Below, piece by piece: positions 1 through 11,879 of a DNA stretch of 64,000 nucleotides (within the stretch, counting starts at the first letter, position 1; each line of letters starts with the position of its first letter). The stretch is from Selaginella moellendorffii (Eukaryota; Plantae; Lycopodiophyta): positions 372,001 to 436,000 of the forward strand of contig NW_003314361.1 in assembly GCF_000143415.4 (NCBI RefSeq). Reading direction: 5' to 3'. Under the pieces are notes generated by a model, which was not told the origin of the DNA, did no database searches, and saw nothing but the letters and a program-made list of their open reading frames with translations. The position numbers and the translations under genes were made by a program.

Positions 1-1
1 C

Positions 2-2023
2 AAGACGAAGCTCGTCAAAGCCACAGGTAACAACAATGCCGATCAAGTAAGTCACCTGGAGAAGAAAGAAGAAAATGCCAATCCAGCTGAGAACAAGCGG
101 ACCGATTCTTCTGGTGCTCCAAAATCTCAGGACCCAGCAGCTCAAGGAGCCGAGACTCTGCTGCAAGACATAGAGACTCCTGTTCATCAGAAAAAAATAT
201 CACGGCAGCAAATGGAAAAGTTACCGACAAAGCAGCCTCCGACAAAAACGAAGACTCCTCCTCCTGAGCAGCTGCAGAAGGTTGTCTCTCCGGTGGAACT
301 GGAGTCCCAGATTCCAAGTCCGACTCCAAAGCCTCCGGGGAGCCCAGGGAGAGCACTCTACTTGCTCAAGCTGGCCAAATCGAGCCATATATCCGGTGAC
401 AAGCCGTCGAAAACTCTCGACTACGCTTCCCGAGCTGCCAAGATGTTGGAGGCCAACTCTTCGGATGGAAAGCCGAGCTTGGAGCTGGTGATGAGCTTGC
501 ACATTGTAGCAGCAGCGCAGTGCAGGATGGGTAAACACTGGGAGGCAGTCGAAGCTCTGGAGAAGACTTTGCAAAGCCTTCCAATGGAGTGGATAGCCGA
601 AGCAGGGGGGGAGTACTCGCTGGCAGCGTTCGCGGGATATATGCAGCTGGGAGACACTTATACGAAGTTAGGCAAGCAAGTTCAAGCGCTCGAAAGCTAC
701 CGAAATGCTCTCACCGTTCAGAAGAAGGCGGTTGGAGAAATGGACCCTCAAGTTGGGGAGACATGTCGGTATCTTGCTGAAGCATACCTGCAGGTAAATC
801 AGGAATTTGCACAAAGAAAACTCGGTACTTACTTACTGTGTGAGATAAACAGGCGATGCAGTTCGAGGATGCCGAAGAACTGTGCCAGCAAATGCTGAAA
901 ATCCACGCAGAAAAGAGTCCTGCCGGCTCGATGGAAGAAGCAGTAGACAGGAGGTTGATGGCTCTCATCCAAAGTGGCAAAGGCGAGCACGAAGCAGCAC
1001 TGGAGCATTTGGTGTATGCAAGCACGGCAATGAGCTCTCGAGGACAGAGTGCCGCTGTCGCTTCCATAGACGCCAGCATCGGCGATTGCTACGTTGCCTT
1101 GGGCCGATTCGACGAGGCCGTCTTCTCGTACCAAAAAGCTCTAGCGGCATTCAAGCAACTCAACGGAGCGAACCATGCTTCCGTCGCTTCAATGTACGTA
1201 AGCCTGGGGGACCTCTATCTGAAAACCGGGAAGATGAGAGACGCGAAGGTGTACTGCGAAAACGCACTCATGATATACGGGAAACAGGGACATCCGGCAG
1301 ATGAACTAGCAGCTGGTTTGACGGACGTTGCGGCAATTTACGAAGCTTTGAGCGAGAGGGAACAGGCTATGTGCTTGCTGAGAAAGGCGCTGGAAAGCAT
1401 TAAAAACATACCGGGAGAGCCTCGGTCGGCAGCGGGGATTGAAGCACAGATGGGAGTTTTGTACTACATTATGGGCAACTTCTCGGAGTCTCACTCGGCT
1501 TTCAGCAGCGCAGTGGACAAGCTCCGATCTGCAGGTGAAACCAACACGTTAATGCTGGGAGTTTTGCTCAACCAGATGGGACTTGCCTTGTTTGAGCTGG
1601 AGCAAATTCACGAGGCAGTAGCAGTGCTGGAGGAGGCACAGCATGTACTTGCGGAAGCTTGTGGAGTCTACCATCCAGACACCATTGCAGTTTGCAGCAA
1701 TCTTGCCGGTGGATACGACGCTCTTGGAAGGTTGAATTCCTGTCAGATTTATCACCACCAACTTGAACTTGACTGACCTCTCTTTTCTTTTTCTGTTTTC
1801 TTCCAGAGTCGAAGATGCTATTGACTTGCTCCAAGTGGTGCTTCGCTCCCAAGAAGAAAGGCTCGGTACCGTTCATCCCGACGTAGTGGACGAGAGACTC
1901 AGGCTCGAGCAAATGCTCCGAGAGACTGGGAAGCCTTTGGTACGCAAAACGAGCACCCTGGAAGAGCTGTTGATGCGGCCGACTGCACAAAGTAAAAGAT
2001 ATTATCGTAGCTTAGCAGTGTAA
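2..2023 (+). CDS. KLCR: Kinesin light chain-related TPR protein (KLCR/CMU family), 5'-truncated by the window edge; exons <2-793, 853-1730, 1807-2023
   Basis: Frame is open from position 2. TPR motifs (GYMQLGDTY, VGETCRYLAEA, EAVFSYQKAL, HPDTIAVCSNLAGGYDALGR, EERLGTVHPDV). GT-AG introns at 794-852 and 1731-1806 restore the frame. Confidence 0.88.
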
Positions 2024-2363
2024 GAAAACCAATTACATACAAGTGGTCTTTGTTACGAGAGGAAACGACTGTGTTGCAATCTGTCTGTAAGATCGGGTAG
2101 AACAAACTGGATTAGAACAAATCGGTAGACCCCGTGACAATGAAAAGAACCAAATCGGGCGCTCTGTTTATTCAACAAGCTCGTAGCTAGGTAGCAACAT
2201 AGTCGTTGGTGACTTCTCTAGAAACCCCTGGACAAGATAGCCTGGAACTATCAGACCAGCAAGCTTCCAAAATGCAAGAGAACGAAATGAAAGAGAAAGA
2301 AAAAGAAAAAGAAAAAGAAAGGAATACCTCGATGGTAGCAGTGGTGATGTCTGTAAAGGTCGC

Positions 2364-3299
2364 TCAAGCACTCTTGAAGCTGGTCACAACCGGGATGACC
2401 ACAACCATGAGCACCACCAGCAGCAGGATGATCGCAATGAGCGTGCACTTCCGGGAGCTCCTCTGGTGCTGCTTGGCGTAGTGGAGCTGCGAGTTCCCCT
2501 TGTCCACGTAGTTGGCAGCCATGCTCATATGCCTCTCAATATCGTTGAGTTGCTCCCCCTGAGCTTCCACCAGCACAGCCATGTCGAGAAAGATCTGGTG
2601 GAGCTCCAGCAAGTTCTTCTCGATCTCCTTGACAGCATCGTGCCTCTCCTGGATCTCCCGAATGGTTTCCAGCACCTGGCCGCGACCCTGATCCTGGATC
2701 GCCCTCTGGACGAACACCTCACTTTCCCCGGTCTCGATGATCTTCTCGATCGTCTCCTCGTCGGCCTGGTGCCCAGTCACTGTGAAGTACCTCCTCTCCA
2801 CGGTCTCGCGGTACTCACCCATCATTTTCTGGCGGAGAGCTTGAAAATCGCCCATGAGATCCTTGAGCTTCATCCTCATGCTCATGGTGATGGACATCCT
2901 TGTGCGATCTGCCGGGGTGCCTTGCTCGCAGCCAGGGATCTTCCTGTTGACAATGTTGGCCTTGTCCAGCTCCTCGAGCCGGTCCTTGATGGATTTCGCC
3001 AGCCGCAGCACCTCCAACACGTCCTTGTCCATCCTGTCCCGGATCGCCTTCATCGCCAGCGCCTTGTAGATTCCTCGGCTCTCCTCGTTCGCGTCCTGGA
3101 GCTTGGACAGGAGCTGCTGGATCTTCTCCATCCCGATGTTGATCTGCTCGACCTCGTCGAAAAAATGCTCCAGGTTCTTCTCCGTCTCCAGCGACCCTAG
3201 CTCCATCTCTGGCCCTACCTCCAGATCCCTCAGCACATCGCGCTTGAGATCCAGGTAGCTCTGGCTGGATCTGAGGCTAGACCTCAGCAGATCGTTCAT
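2364..3299 (-). CDS. SYP1: Qa-SNARE syntaxin of the SYP1 group (intronless SYP11/SYP12 type), 311 aa
   Basis: Habc domain, ETVERRYFTVTG, SNARE motif EIQERHDAVKEIEKNLLELHQIFLDMAVLVEAQGEQLNDIE, C-terminal TM helix; single exon. Confidence 0.95.
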   Translation of the reverse strand: MNDLLRSSLRSSQSYLDLKRDVLRDLEVGPEMELGSLETEKNLEHFFDEVEQINIGMEKIQQLLSKLQDANEESRGIYKALAMKAIRDRMDKDVLEVLRLAKSIKDRLEELDKANIVNRKIPGCEQGTPADRTRMSITMSMRMKLKDLMGDFQALRQKMMGEYRETVERRYFTVTGHQADEETIEKIIETGESEVFVQRAIQDQGRGQVLETIREIQERHDAVKEIEKNLLELHQIFLDMAVLVEAQGEQLNDIERHMSMAANYVDKGNSQLHYAKQHQRSSRKCTLIAIILLLVVLMVVVIPVVTSFKSA

Positions 3300-4598
3300 C
3301 TTGGGGAGAGATCGCCGAAATCTTGCTCACCTCTTGACGCGCCGCCCTCACTTCCGCGAGCCCTAGCTTTTGAAAGCGGGAAAACTTTAAACCGTTCGAA
3401 CTTACAACGGAAACCAGCCACGTCAGTGCTTTTGAACTGTCGGATTCTGAGATACACATTTCTAATTAAACAGAAAAAGAAAATTAGAAGTTTTAGTTTT
3501 AATAAAAATTAAATGATCTTATTACCTATTTAAAAGATAACATAAAAAATATTTTGTTTATAATGTAAAATAATTTTTTAAATTATGAAAAGATATAAAT
3601 TTAAATTATCTAGTGCCTTAAAGCCACTCACTTGCTAAGGATAACTAATTGCCACAAGTCAGTTATCCTTATAATAACTATTCTAACACCTCTAACTTTA
3701 AATTTAGAAACACTAAAAGATGTTTGTTATTCTAAGGCACTAAATAGAGCATTAAAGTTGTGCAAAAATAGTAATTCAACTTAATACGAGAAATTTTTAG
3801 CATAACCTTTTTTAGTTTTATTTCTTCATTTTCGTTTAAATCTAGATTTATATTAGATTTTTGTAAGATCTAAAATTTTAACTATTGTTGTGCTTAGATC
3901 TACTCTTTCTTTTTATCTTCATTACATTTCTTCTTCTATTATGTCATACCATTATTAATAACAGAGTATGTCACTTGAGGTTATTAATGCTTCGTTTGTA
4001 TTAAACTTTTGGTGCTATGGGGTGTGCTTATATTGGTGTTGCTCCTATCTTTAATGTGTTGCTTTACCGTTGTTATTAAGGAGTATATATATTCCCTTGA
4101 AAGTGTGGATGTTGTAATTAATTTTCCCTCTAAGTGAATATGGGTATTGAATGTTGATTAAAGGGAAAATGCAGAAATAGGTTTTATTTATAGTCATGAA
4201 TTCAAGTTAATAGTGGTCTCAGAGGATTATTGATATATAAATTTAAATGTAGGATGTATTGTTTATTGCAATAACATTTTATGGGTTATAATGGATTTTA
4301 AAGTTCCTTGTTTTAGTTCAAAATTATGGCTTCAAGGTTGGTTTTAGCATTTGGTAGCTACACACAAAGTTACAACTAGTGCATCAAAATTTTATAATCG
4401 ACTAATGTTTATGCCATGGCTTTGAATTTTGTTTTAGTCATGGGTGTTAACAACTTTATTGATGGTTTTGTAGGAGCTTTAGATTCTTGTGATACTTTAT
4501 AATCACTCAACAGAAGCTCTAAATATTATATTTAACTTATTGTCATCTTCTAGAGGAGAGGATAGTATAAGGTTTGTAAAAAATAAATAAATAAATAA

Positions 4599-4602
<4 letters not shown>

Positions 4603-4630
<28 letters not shown>
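4603..4630. repeat. (TA)n microsatellite preceded by (AAAT)n
   Basis: Read directly; a second (TA)n run lies at about 5028-5055. Confidence 0.9.
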
Positions 4631-4635
<5 letters not shown>

Positions 4636-5028
4636 CTATTACCTTGGCTAGTAATACATTAATTATAGTAATGTAGTATATGGACTATTCATTTGGGGTC
4701 CATCTATTCTTGTATATAAGCATGGGTCTAAACCTTAATTAATATATCAATTCTTATATGTCGAGTAATGTGAATAAACACAATAATCATATTTTATATC
4801 TATATATTATAAAATTATTTATATATAATCAGCTATCAGAATCTAATAAAGCTATAAGAAAAATAATGATATTAAAATAATTTTATATTTAATTATATTA
4901 AATAAAATTATTTTAAATTCTAAAATAATAAGATATTAACAAAGTTATATACTTTATGTGAGTAACAGAATAATAATTTGTCACATTTTAAATGAAAACA
5001 TTTATTTATATTAATTTTAAAATTCATT

Positions 5029-5059
<31 letters not shown>

Positions 5060-5196
5060 CAAATTTAGTAATTATTAGGTACTTTCAAAAATTATATTTA
5101 CCTTATAAGTTTGTTTTTTAATGCTGACTCAATTATAGCAATTTTGTATAAAATAAAATGAAATTAATACAAAATATTCTTAATTATTTATAATAC

Positions 5197-5371
5197 CGTG
5201 AGTGCTTGGAATATGGAAAGGGAATACAGAAATGTGCATATCAATTAACCCAAAAACCCTAGCTTATATACAGGAGCAAATAGTTCAGATTGAAACCAAT
5301 CTGACGGCTACCAAAATCCCACTACGCTAATATTAGTATACGACATCGTAGCCGTACACTTGGCCCTTATA
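5197..5371 (-). repeat. 3' LTR of element A
   Basis: Direct repeat of 17254-17428, adjacent to the polypurine tract. Confidence 0.93.
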
Positions 5372-8351
5372 TCATCCCCCCCTCTCGGAATAATGGAAGA
5401 CCATCAGGGTTCTCTTGTAAACGGGCCGGGATCTAGAGGAACGTCAGGAGGAGGCATTGGCGGATCTGTAGGTGGTATTAATTACTCTTGATCCCTTTGT
5501 ATGAAGTGTTTCAACCACTACACATGCACAATCTCTGGAAGATCGGCCTGCTGAACATTATGCCGAACCTCATAAACTTATGGTCCAACTTGCCACAACA
5601 CTTGATATGGTCCTTTCCACTGTGCAAGGAGCCCCTTAGATAAACCACGTACCGTAAGATGGGGAAAACGGACTAACACCAAATCATCCACTTTGTACTC
5701 CGCAGGTGCACGATGATGGGAGTTTAACCGCCATTGTTGTCCCACTTGTACGCAGCCTAAGTGTTCGGTAGACTCCGCTCAAACAAGTGGAAGAATGCTC
5801 GTCAAATACTAATTCCATGACCTAGCATTTGCAGCTTGTGGCAATCAAGAAGGGAAACCTAGCTCCGTTGGTAATATTGGATCATGACCATATAAGAGTT
5901 TATATGGTGAAGCACCAACAGAACTCTGCACCCCTGTGACATATGCATACCGAAGAGATAACAAATAACCATCCCAATCCGAATGCTGAAAGTTCACATA
6001 CTTTGCAATCATCCCCTTGAATGTCCGAACAAGTCGTTCCACCAGACTGTCTGATTGTGGATGATAAGCACTTGTGAAAGTGTGGCGTATCCCCAACTGA
6101 GACGTCAAAACATGAAATGCCTCAACCATAAATGTAGGACCATTATCCGAAAGAATCCGCTCTGGACAAGAATGCTGGAACACCACTCAATTGAGGAGGA
6201 AGTATCCAACAACAGTTGCAAAGGCACTAGCAATAGCACCAACTTCCACCCAACGAGTCAAGTAGTCAGAAGAAATAATAACATACTCATTGCCAGCAGT
6301 TGACCGTGGAAAAGTTCCCATAAGATCAAATGCCACCAACTCAAACGGACGGGAAACTACAATTGACTCTAACCGTCCTTTTACAGCCCGAGGGGGAGTA
6401 TTATGAGCTTGGCACCAAACACAGCTACGCACATACCGGATAATATCACGTCGCATCTCCGGCCAATAGAAAGACCTGCACAAGTTCTCAGTTACACGAC
6501 GATGTCCCATATGCTCACCTAGAACATGAGAATCATGGTAAACATGGAGAAACCGCGGAATAAAGATAGAAGGCACCACCAGTCGTAAATGATCATCAGG
6601 ATCCATCCCCACAAAATAAAGAAGTCCGTCGTCAAAGCGATATTGAGAATGTAAATGCCGGAAAGGCAAGTCATCAGCAAGTGATGCAGGATTCTCAAAC
6701 CCATCTCAAAGCCTGCGAATCCACCGCTCAATCTTTTGAGCCTCGCGAACCTCATCAAGAGAAGGTAGATCTTGCTCTGCACTTTGTGAACACTGAACGT
6801 CAAGTATAGCAACCGCTGATGGCACAGAATCCTCATTTAGAAAATCCACAGAGGCTGGAACAACAGGCTCATCAGAAACATGAGAAGAGAATGGAGAAGG
6901 AAGAGGAGCTCGAAAAAGGGCATCAGCATCATCCATAGAATTCTTTGGGCGATGAACAACATCAAAATTATATATCTGAAGCTTCAAAGCCCATCGAGCA
7001 GTACGACCAACCAGGTTCTTCCGCTTCAATAATGAAGTCACAGCAGCATGATCACCTTCAAGTAACGTCCAAGAACCATGTAGATATGCATGAAGTTTCT
7101 CGAAACCCTAAACTGCTGCTAAACACTCTTTCTCTGTTGTGGAGTAGTTCATTTCCGCTGGTTGTAATGTACGACTTATATACACAATAGGATGGTGCTG
7201 ACCAAGCACACTCAATCTCTCTTGCATTAACACACCTCCAAGACCAATGTCAGAAGCATCCATGCGCAAAGTAAAAGGTCGAGTGTAGTCAGGATATGCC
7301 AAAACTGGAGGAGTCGTCAATAGTTCTTTGAGATCCCCAAACACTCGCTCACAATCCGGAGACCAAATAAAAGATAATATTGATGACTTCAACAACGCTC
7401 GCAACGGTGCAGTGCGATCAGAAAGATGATCCACAAAACGACCAAGATACTACATCTTGCCCAAGAAGCGTTGCACATCATTCACACACTTCGGAGTAGG
7501 GAACTTTAGAACAGCCACAAGTTTGTCAAGATCAACTTGCAAACCCTCACGAGAAATACGGTACCCAAGATAAATTGTATCCTTGGACCCAAACACGCAC
7601 TTCGACCATTTCAGCTTTAAACCAACATCGCGTAGCCAATCAAACACTTTACAAACATCACGAACATGCTCCTCCCACGTCCCTTCCGAGTGAATCAAGA
7701 TATCATCGATGAAGTCAGCAGTCACCTCTAGCATATCACAAAGAACCTCGTCCATCATCCGCTGGAAAGTTGCTGGAGCATTGTTCAAACCAAACGGCAT
7801 CACCAAGAACTCGTACAAACCAAACAATGTACGAAAAGTAGTCTTAGGAATATCTTCTTCGGCTATCGGTACTTGTCAGTACCCAGAAGCAAGATCTAGC
7901 TTGGTGAACTAATAACTTCGCCCTAGACAATCTAAGAGATCAGCAGTGTGAGGAAAAGGGTACACATCCGGGATCGTCACTTCATTTAATGGACAATAGT
8001 CGATGCAGAAACGAATACTCCCATCAGGCTTTGTCATAAGATGAGGTTCACATGCCCAAGGACTCCGCGACTTCCGAATAACACCCTTATCCAACATCTC
8101 TTTTGACGTTTGCATGTAAAATCTTGATCTCCTTGGGTGACCGACGACGAACAGGAACCTTGATTGGACGAGCATCCCTGGTTGGAATCGGATGACGTGT
8201 GGTAATCTTGGCCCCAGACGATAGGTCAAATTCAAAGAGATCAGAATACTCCTTCATGATCCGGTCAACAGCTGCAACACAAAGATCATCGGAGGGATCG
8301 GAAAAAGGAAGAGCAGAACAAGATGGAAATATAGTGTAAGCTCTTGAGTTT

Positions 8352-8407
8352 GGACTTCCCGGGAGGTCACCCAGCCCAGTATTATTCAACCCCAAGGATG
8401 CTTAACT
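8352..8407 (-). promoter_or_regulatory. 5S rRNA-derived Pol III internal promoter (A box-IE-C box) in the Cassandra 3' LTR
   Basis: Minus strand AGTTAAGCATCCTTGGGGTTGAATAATACTGGGCTGGGTGACCTCCCGGGAAGTCC aligns with plant 5S rRNA AGTTAAGCGTGCTTGGGCGAGAGTAGTACTAGGATGGGTGACCTCCTGGGAAGTCC. Confidence 0.9.
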
Positions 8408-8751
8408 CTAAGTATCCCAAGACCCTTAACCAATTGGAAAAGGGGGTGCACTCTTATTCATGGGCCCTTTCCCTCTATATTTGAACCCCAACGAATCGTC
8501 TCTCAAGTCGTTCCCTTTGGTTGCTTACAATCCACCACGCTTCCCTGCAAGTTCACGCCCTCGTGAACGGAAGCTGAGAGCCGCAACTCTCCTGAGAGCC
8601 TCGCTCTCTTGACACCCTACCCCTCGGGTCGAGCCCAGCGGGAGCAAACTGGACCAGCCAGATGTCAATCAACATGTGGTGTGATTCCCTTAGCCAACCA
8701 ACAGAGTCGGACCCGAGACCGCTCCGATACCAAATGTAAGCTCTTGAGTTT

Positions 8752-8807
8752 GGACTTCCCGGGAGGTCACCCAGCCCAGTATTATTCAACCCCAAGGATG
8801 CTTAACT
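8752..8807 (-). promoter_or_regulatory. 5S rRNA-derived Pol III internal promoter in the Cassandra 5' LTR
   Basis: Identical to 8352-8407. Confidence 0.9.
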
Positions 8808-9428
8808 CTAAGTATCCCAAGACCCTTAACCAATTGGAAAAGGGGGTGCACTCTTATTCATGGGCCCTTTCCCTCTATATTTGAACCCCAACGGATCGTC
8901 TCTCAAGTCGTTCCCTTTGGTTGCTTACATATAGGAGGAAATAGTGAGGGAACAAAAGTAATGAAAGCAAAGGTAGAGGGAGAAGGACGAAGAGGTATGG
9001 AAGTAAAAGAAATGGATGAAACATAAGGAAGTATGAGACAAGGGGGAGAAGCCTCAAAGTCACACTTGGCATGATTGTGCTGCAACCAATCCATACCAAC
9101 AATGAGGTCAAAAGCTTGACTCAGCACCACCCGCAACGACTACAACTCAAGCTCGAGATCACCCACACGCACAACCAAGTCTGCCTCATCTCGTGCACAC
9201 GCATGCGTACGGTTGTTGCCATAAAGAATGAAAACTGGATCCGCCGCACGACGCAATGTAGATGACAACGTATGGCAACAGGTCGAGCAATAGAAGATAA
9301 ACTCGAACCTATATCAACCAACACGGAGAGAATAATAGGAGACCTCTTGTTATAAAAACGAGCTTGGAAAGTAAACACTAGATGAACTGGTGCCGAGTGA
9401 ACCCCTTGATGATACTCCCGAAAGAAAG

Positions 9429-10578
9429 TGTAAGCCACAAATTTTTCCTTTCCAATTTGCCAGCTTACCTCGCCTATCCGTCCAACACCGCCTTGGCTTT
9501 TGCTAAGTTCCCTCGCCAAGGTTCTCGCCTATGGTACCAGCTCCTACTTGGTCTCAGCTACTCACTGCACGAGCAACGGAGTGTTAGCCATCCATCCACG
9601 GATTCCCAATTCACTCCCAATCCCCCTCCCTGGGTTAGACTAGACTTAAGGTTCGGCTACACTCCCCGCAAGCACAAGCAGCCAAGCACACCAAGCTTCC
9701 AGGTTCCTAACATCCTTTGGTACCACAAGACTTGATCATGGGACCCTCTAAATCCCAAGTCTTGAGTGCAACACTTGCTTCGGGACGCCGGGGCGAAACA
9801 CCGTGGCCTAGCAGCCTGGTATGGGTACCTCTCGCCCCCCACTTCCATCCCGAAGGAAGGCCCAAGCCCCTAGGAAGGGCGAGGACCAATGAGCCGCATG
9901 GTACTCAAGTGGGGCACCACTCCACTGAGCCGGGAGCACCGCAATCGGTTTCCCTTTTGGGAGTGGGAGCTGCTCTTGAGCACTTCCTTGGATGGCCCCT
10001 CCGGCACCAACCAAGTCCATGCTCACTCCCACCCAAGGCCCCTCGGTCCCAATCCCAACCTCAAGTCAGTTTGGGAGCCCCACTGGAGAGTCCCTTCTAA
10101 ACTGGTTCCTGGACCTCACTATCCCTACTATACTTTTGGAACCCCTTGCAGCCCCCCCCCCCCCCTGGGAGACGCACGCTTTGGGCTTTCACCCCTTGAC
10201 CCGTATTAATATTTGGACTTAGTCTCTGGCTCAATCTCGGACCCGATTTCGGATCCGACTTCGGATTCGGGTTCGGACTCGATCTCGGACCCGATCTCGG
10301 ACCCGATCTCGGACCCGACCTCGGACTCGACCTCGGACTCGGTCTCGGACCCGATTTCGGATCTCGAACTCCGTCTCGAACTCGGTCTCGAACTCGGACT
10401 CGAACTCGGTCCCCGAGTCGGTCTCGGACTCGATTCCGGACTCGATCTCGAACTCGGTCCTAGAGTCGGTCTTGGACTCGATCTTCGACTTGGTCCCATC
10501 CGATGAACTCTTTGTCATTTTGGTCATTCTTTCGGGGTTCCTTTAGCCTACGACACCTCGGCGAGTTGGTTCCTTACA
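9429..10578 (-). repeat. 3' LTR of element B
   Basis: TGTAAG...CTTACA; direct repeat of 14899-16046. Confidence 0.96.
10222..10500. repeat. CpG-rich hexamer-period tandem array (TCGGAC/TCGAAC/TCGATC) inside LTR B; second copy at ~15690-15968
   Basis: Read directly; produces low-complexity ORFs in several frames. Confidence 0.9.
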
Positions 10579-11362
10579 ACTCCACCACCCATAGAAGAAG
10601 TTCGATGCCCACATCGAACGTCTCGTTTTATCCTACGACTTGTTGACCATGTCTCCGGGGGCATCCCCCCACTTAGCGGTGTGCCTAAGTTAGCCTCCCC
10701 GGCCAAGAGCGCATGACAACGGAATATAGGTGTCCCTATACTCCTCCCCTCACCACGCCCTAGTATGGGGTCGGGACTTGAACCCAGCCTTGCTTTACTA
10801 GGGGGTTGGGACTCGAACCCAACCTCCGTAGAATACGTCTACGGATTCGACATCCCCGCAGGGAGTCGGGCGTAGCTCCCTACGCCTGGTCGACCTAGCT
10901 AACCCATGCTAATTAGCTTACCTTCGGCGCGCCTTCGGGTCCCAACATATGCCATTGCTCAACTTCTCAAATTGATACTTTTAATTGAACTTTGCATAAG
11001 TACATAGAGTTCTGCCATGCAGAAATTCCTCCACTAGATCTCGCGCATTCGCTAGGTTCTCCTCCGGTTCCCATGTTGCTTTGCAGTGTGGAAATCCTTT
11101 CCACTTCACATGGAACTCTCTCACCTCGCGTCCGTGTCACTTGCTCTTGCGCGCATTGAGGATGGCCTCGACTTCGTATTCCTCCTCCCCTTGGATAACC
11201 TCAGGTAAAGGTCTTACTTGGTCCTTGCGAAGCGGATCCTCAAAATACGGCTTGAGTAAGTTCACGTGGAACACGGTATGCATCTTCCCCATCTCTCGAG
11301 GAAGTCGGAGACGGTAAGCCACTTTACCGATTCGAGCCTCAATCTCGTAAGGCCCCGCGAAC

Positions 11363-11414
11363 CTGCTTAAGGAACTCAAGATCAATTCATTTACAGGAAT
11401 ACATGCATTTTTAC
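11363..11414 (-). other. 52-nt GT-AG intron before the element B integrase GPY motif
   Basis: AAG|GTAAAA...TAAGCAG|G; removal restores RKLTQRFAGPYEI. Confidence 0.85.
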
Positions 11415-11832
11415 CTTTGGGTCAACTTCCGGCTGATCCCACTTGGTAGCCTGAGGTTCTTGGTGTTCAGCCACACCTTCTCCCCAGCTTGGAACTCCAC
11501 ATCTCGACGCTTTTGGTTCGCGTACTTAGTTTGCCTTTGTTGAGCCCGTTCCAAGGAATCCCTCACTAGATTCCAAATGTTGAGTCTTTCCGCCGTGAAT
11601 GCCTCCACTGCGGGTAACTCTCCATGATACTCGGCCACACCGAGTTCCACAGGACCTTCAATAGCTCGCCCATTGATGACTTCCCATGGACTCACCCCGA
11701 TGCTCGAATGTGGTGAGTTGTTATAACACATTTCCGCAAGTCCTAAATGACTTACCCAGTCGGTCTGGTCTCCCGAGACATAGCATCGCAAATAATCCTC
11801 CAGCTGCCTATTCACCCTTTCCGTTTATCCGT

Positions 11833-11879
11833 CTGTCAAGAAGTGTTAGTGCCACCAAACTTGACTTAATACCCCATAC
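11833..11879 (-). other. 47-nt GT-AG intron in the element B integrase core
   Basis: CAG|GTATGG...CACTAAC...TTGACAG|AC; removal restores HPQT-DG*TERVNRQ. Confidence 0.82.

Larger units (their letters stand above)
8335..8929 (-). mobile_element. Cassandra-type TRIM (non-coding mini LTR retrotransposon with 5S rRNA-derived LTR core) nested in element A
   Basis: 195-bp LTRs at 8335-8529 and 8735-8929 with 1 mismatch. TGTAAG...CTTACA ends, 5-bp TSD TATAG, 205-bp internal region, PBS TGGTATCGGAGC (tRNA-iMet type, 8721-8732), PPT GGGAAGCGTGGTGGAT. Confidence 0.95.

Noticed and set aside
2466-3200. Long antisense ORFs over syntaxin, DUF538, PPR (24765-25661) and the RLK
   Set aside because: Shadow ORFs caused by high GC3 codon bias.
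3460-5196. AT-rich block (continuing 17433-19250) as a Helitron, MITE or decayed gene
   Set aside because: Weak internal repeats (e.g. ~17670-17800 vs ~18280-18410) but no termini, TIRs or translatable motifs I can support.
8352-8407. 5S rRNA gene
   Set aside because: Only the ~56-nt internal promoter part is present, embedded in TRIM LTRs.
10206-10527. SDPI-, RVRD- and SEIG-repeat ORFs (also 15674-15995)
   Set aside because: Translation artefacts of the hexamer array inside the LTRs; not a CRISPR array or protein gene.
10767-10824. tRNA gene
   Set aside because: Only T-arm-like hairpins; no acceptor, D or anticodon arms identified.
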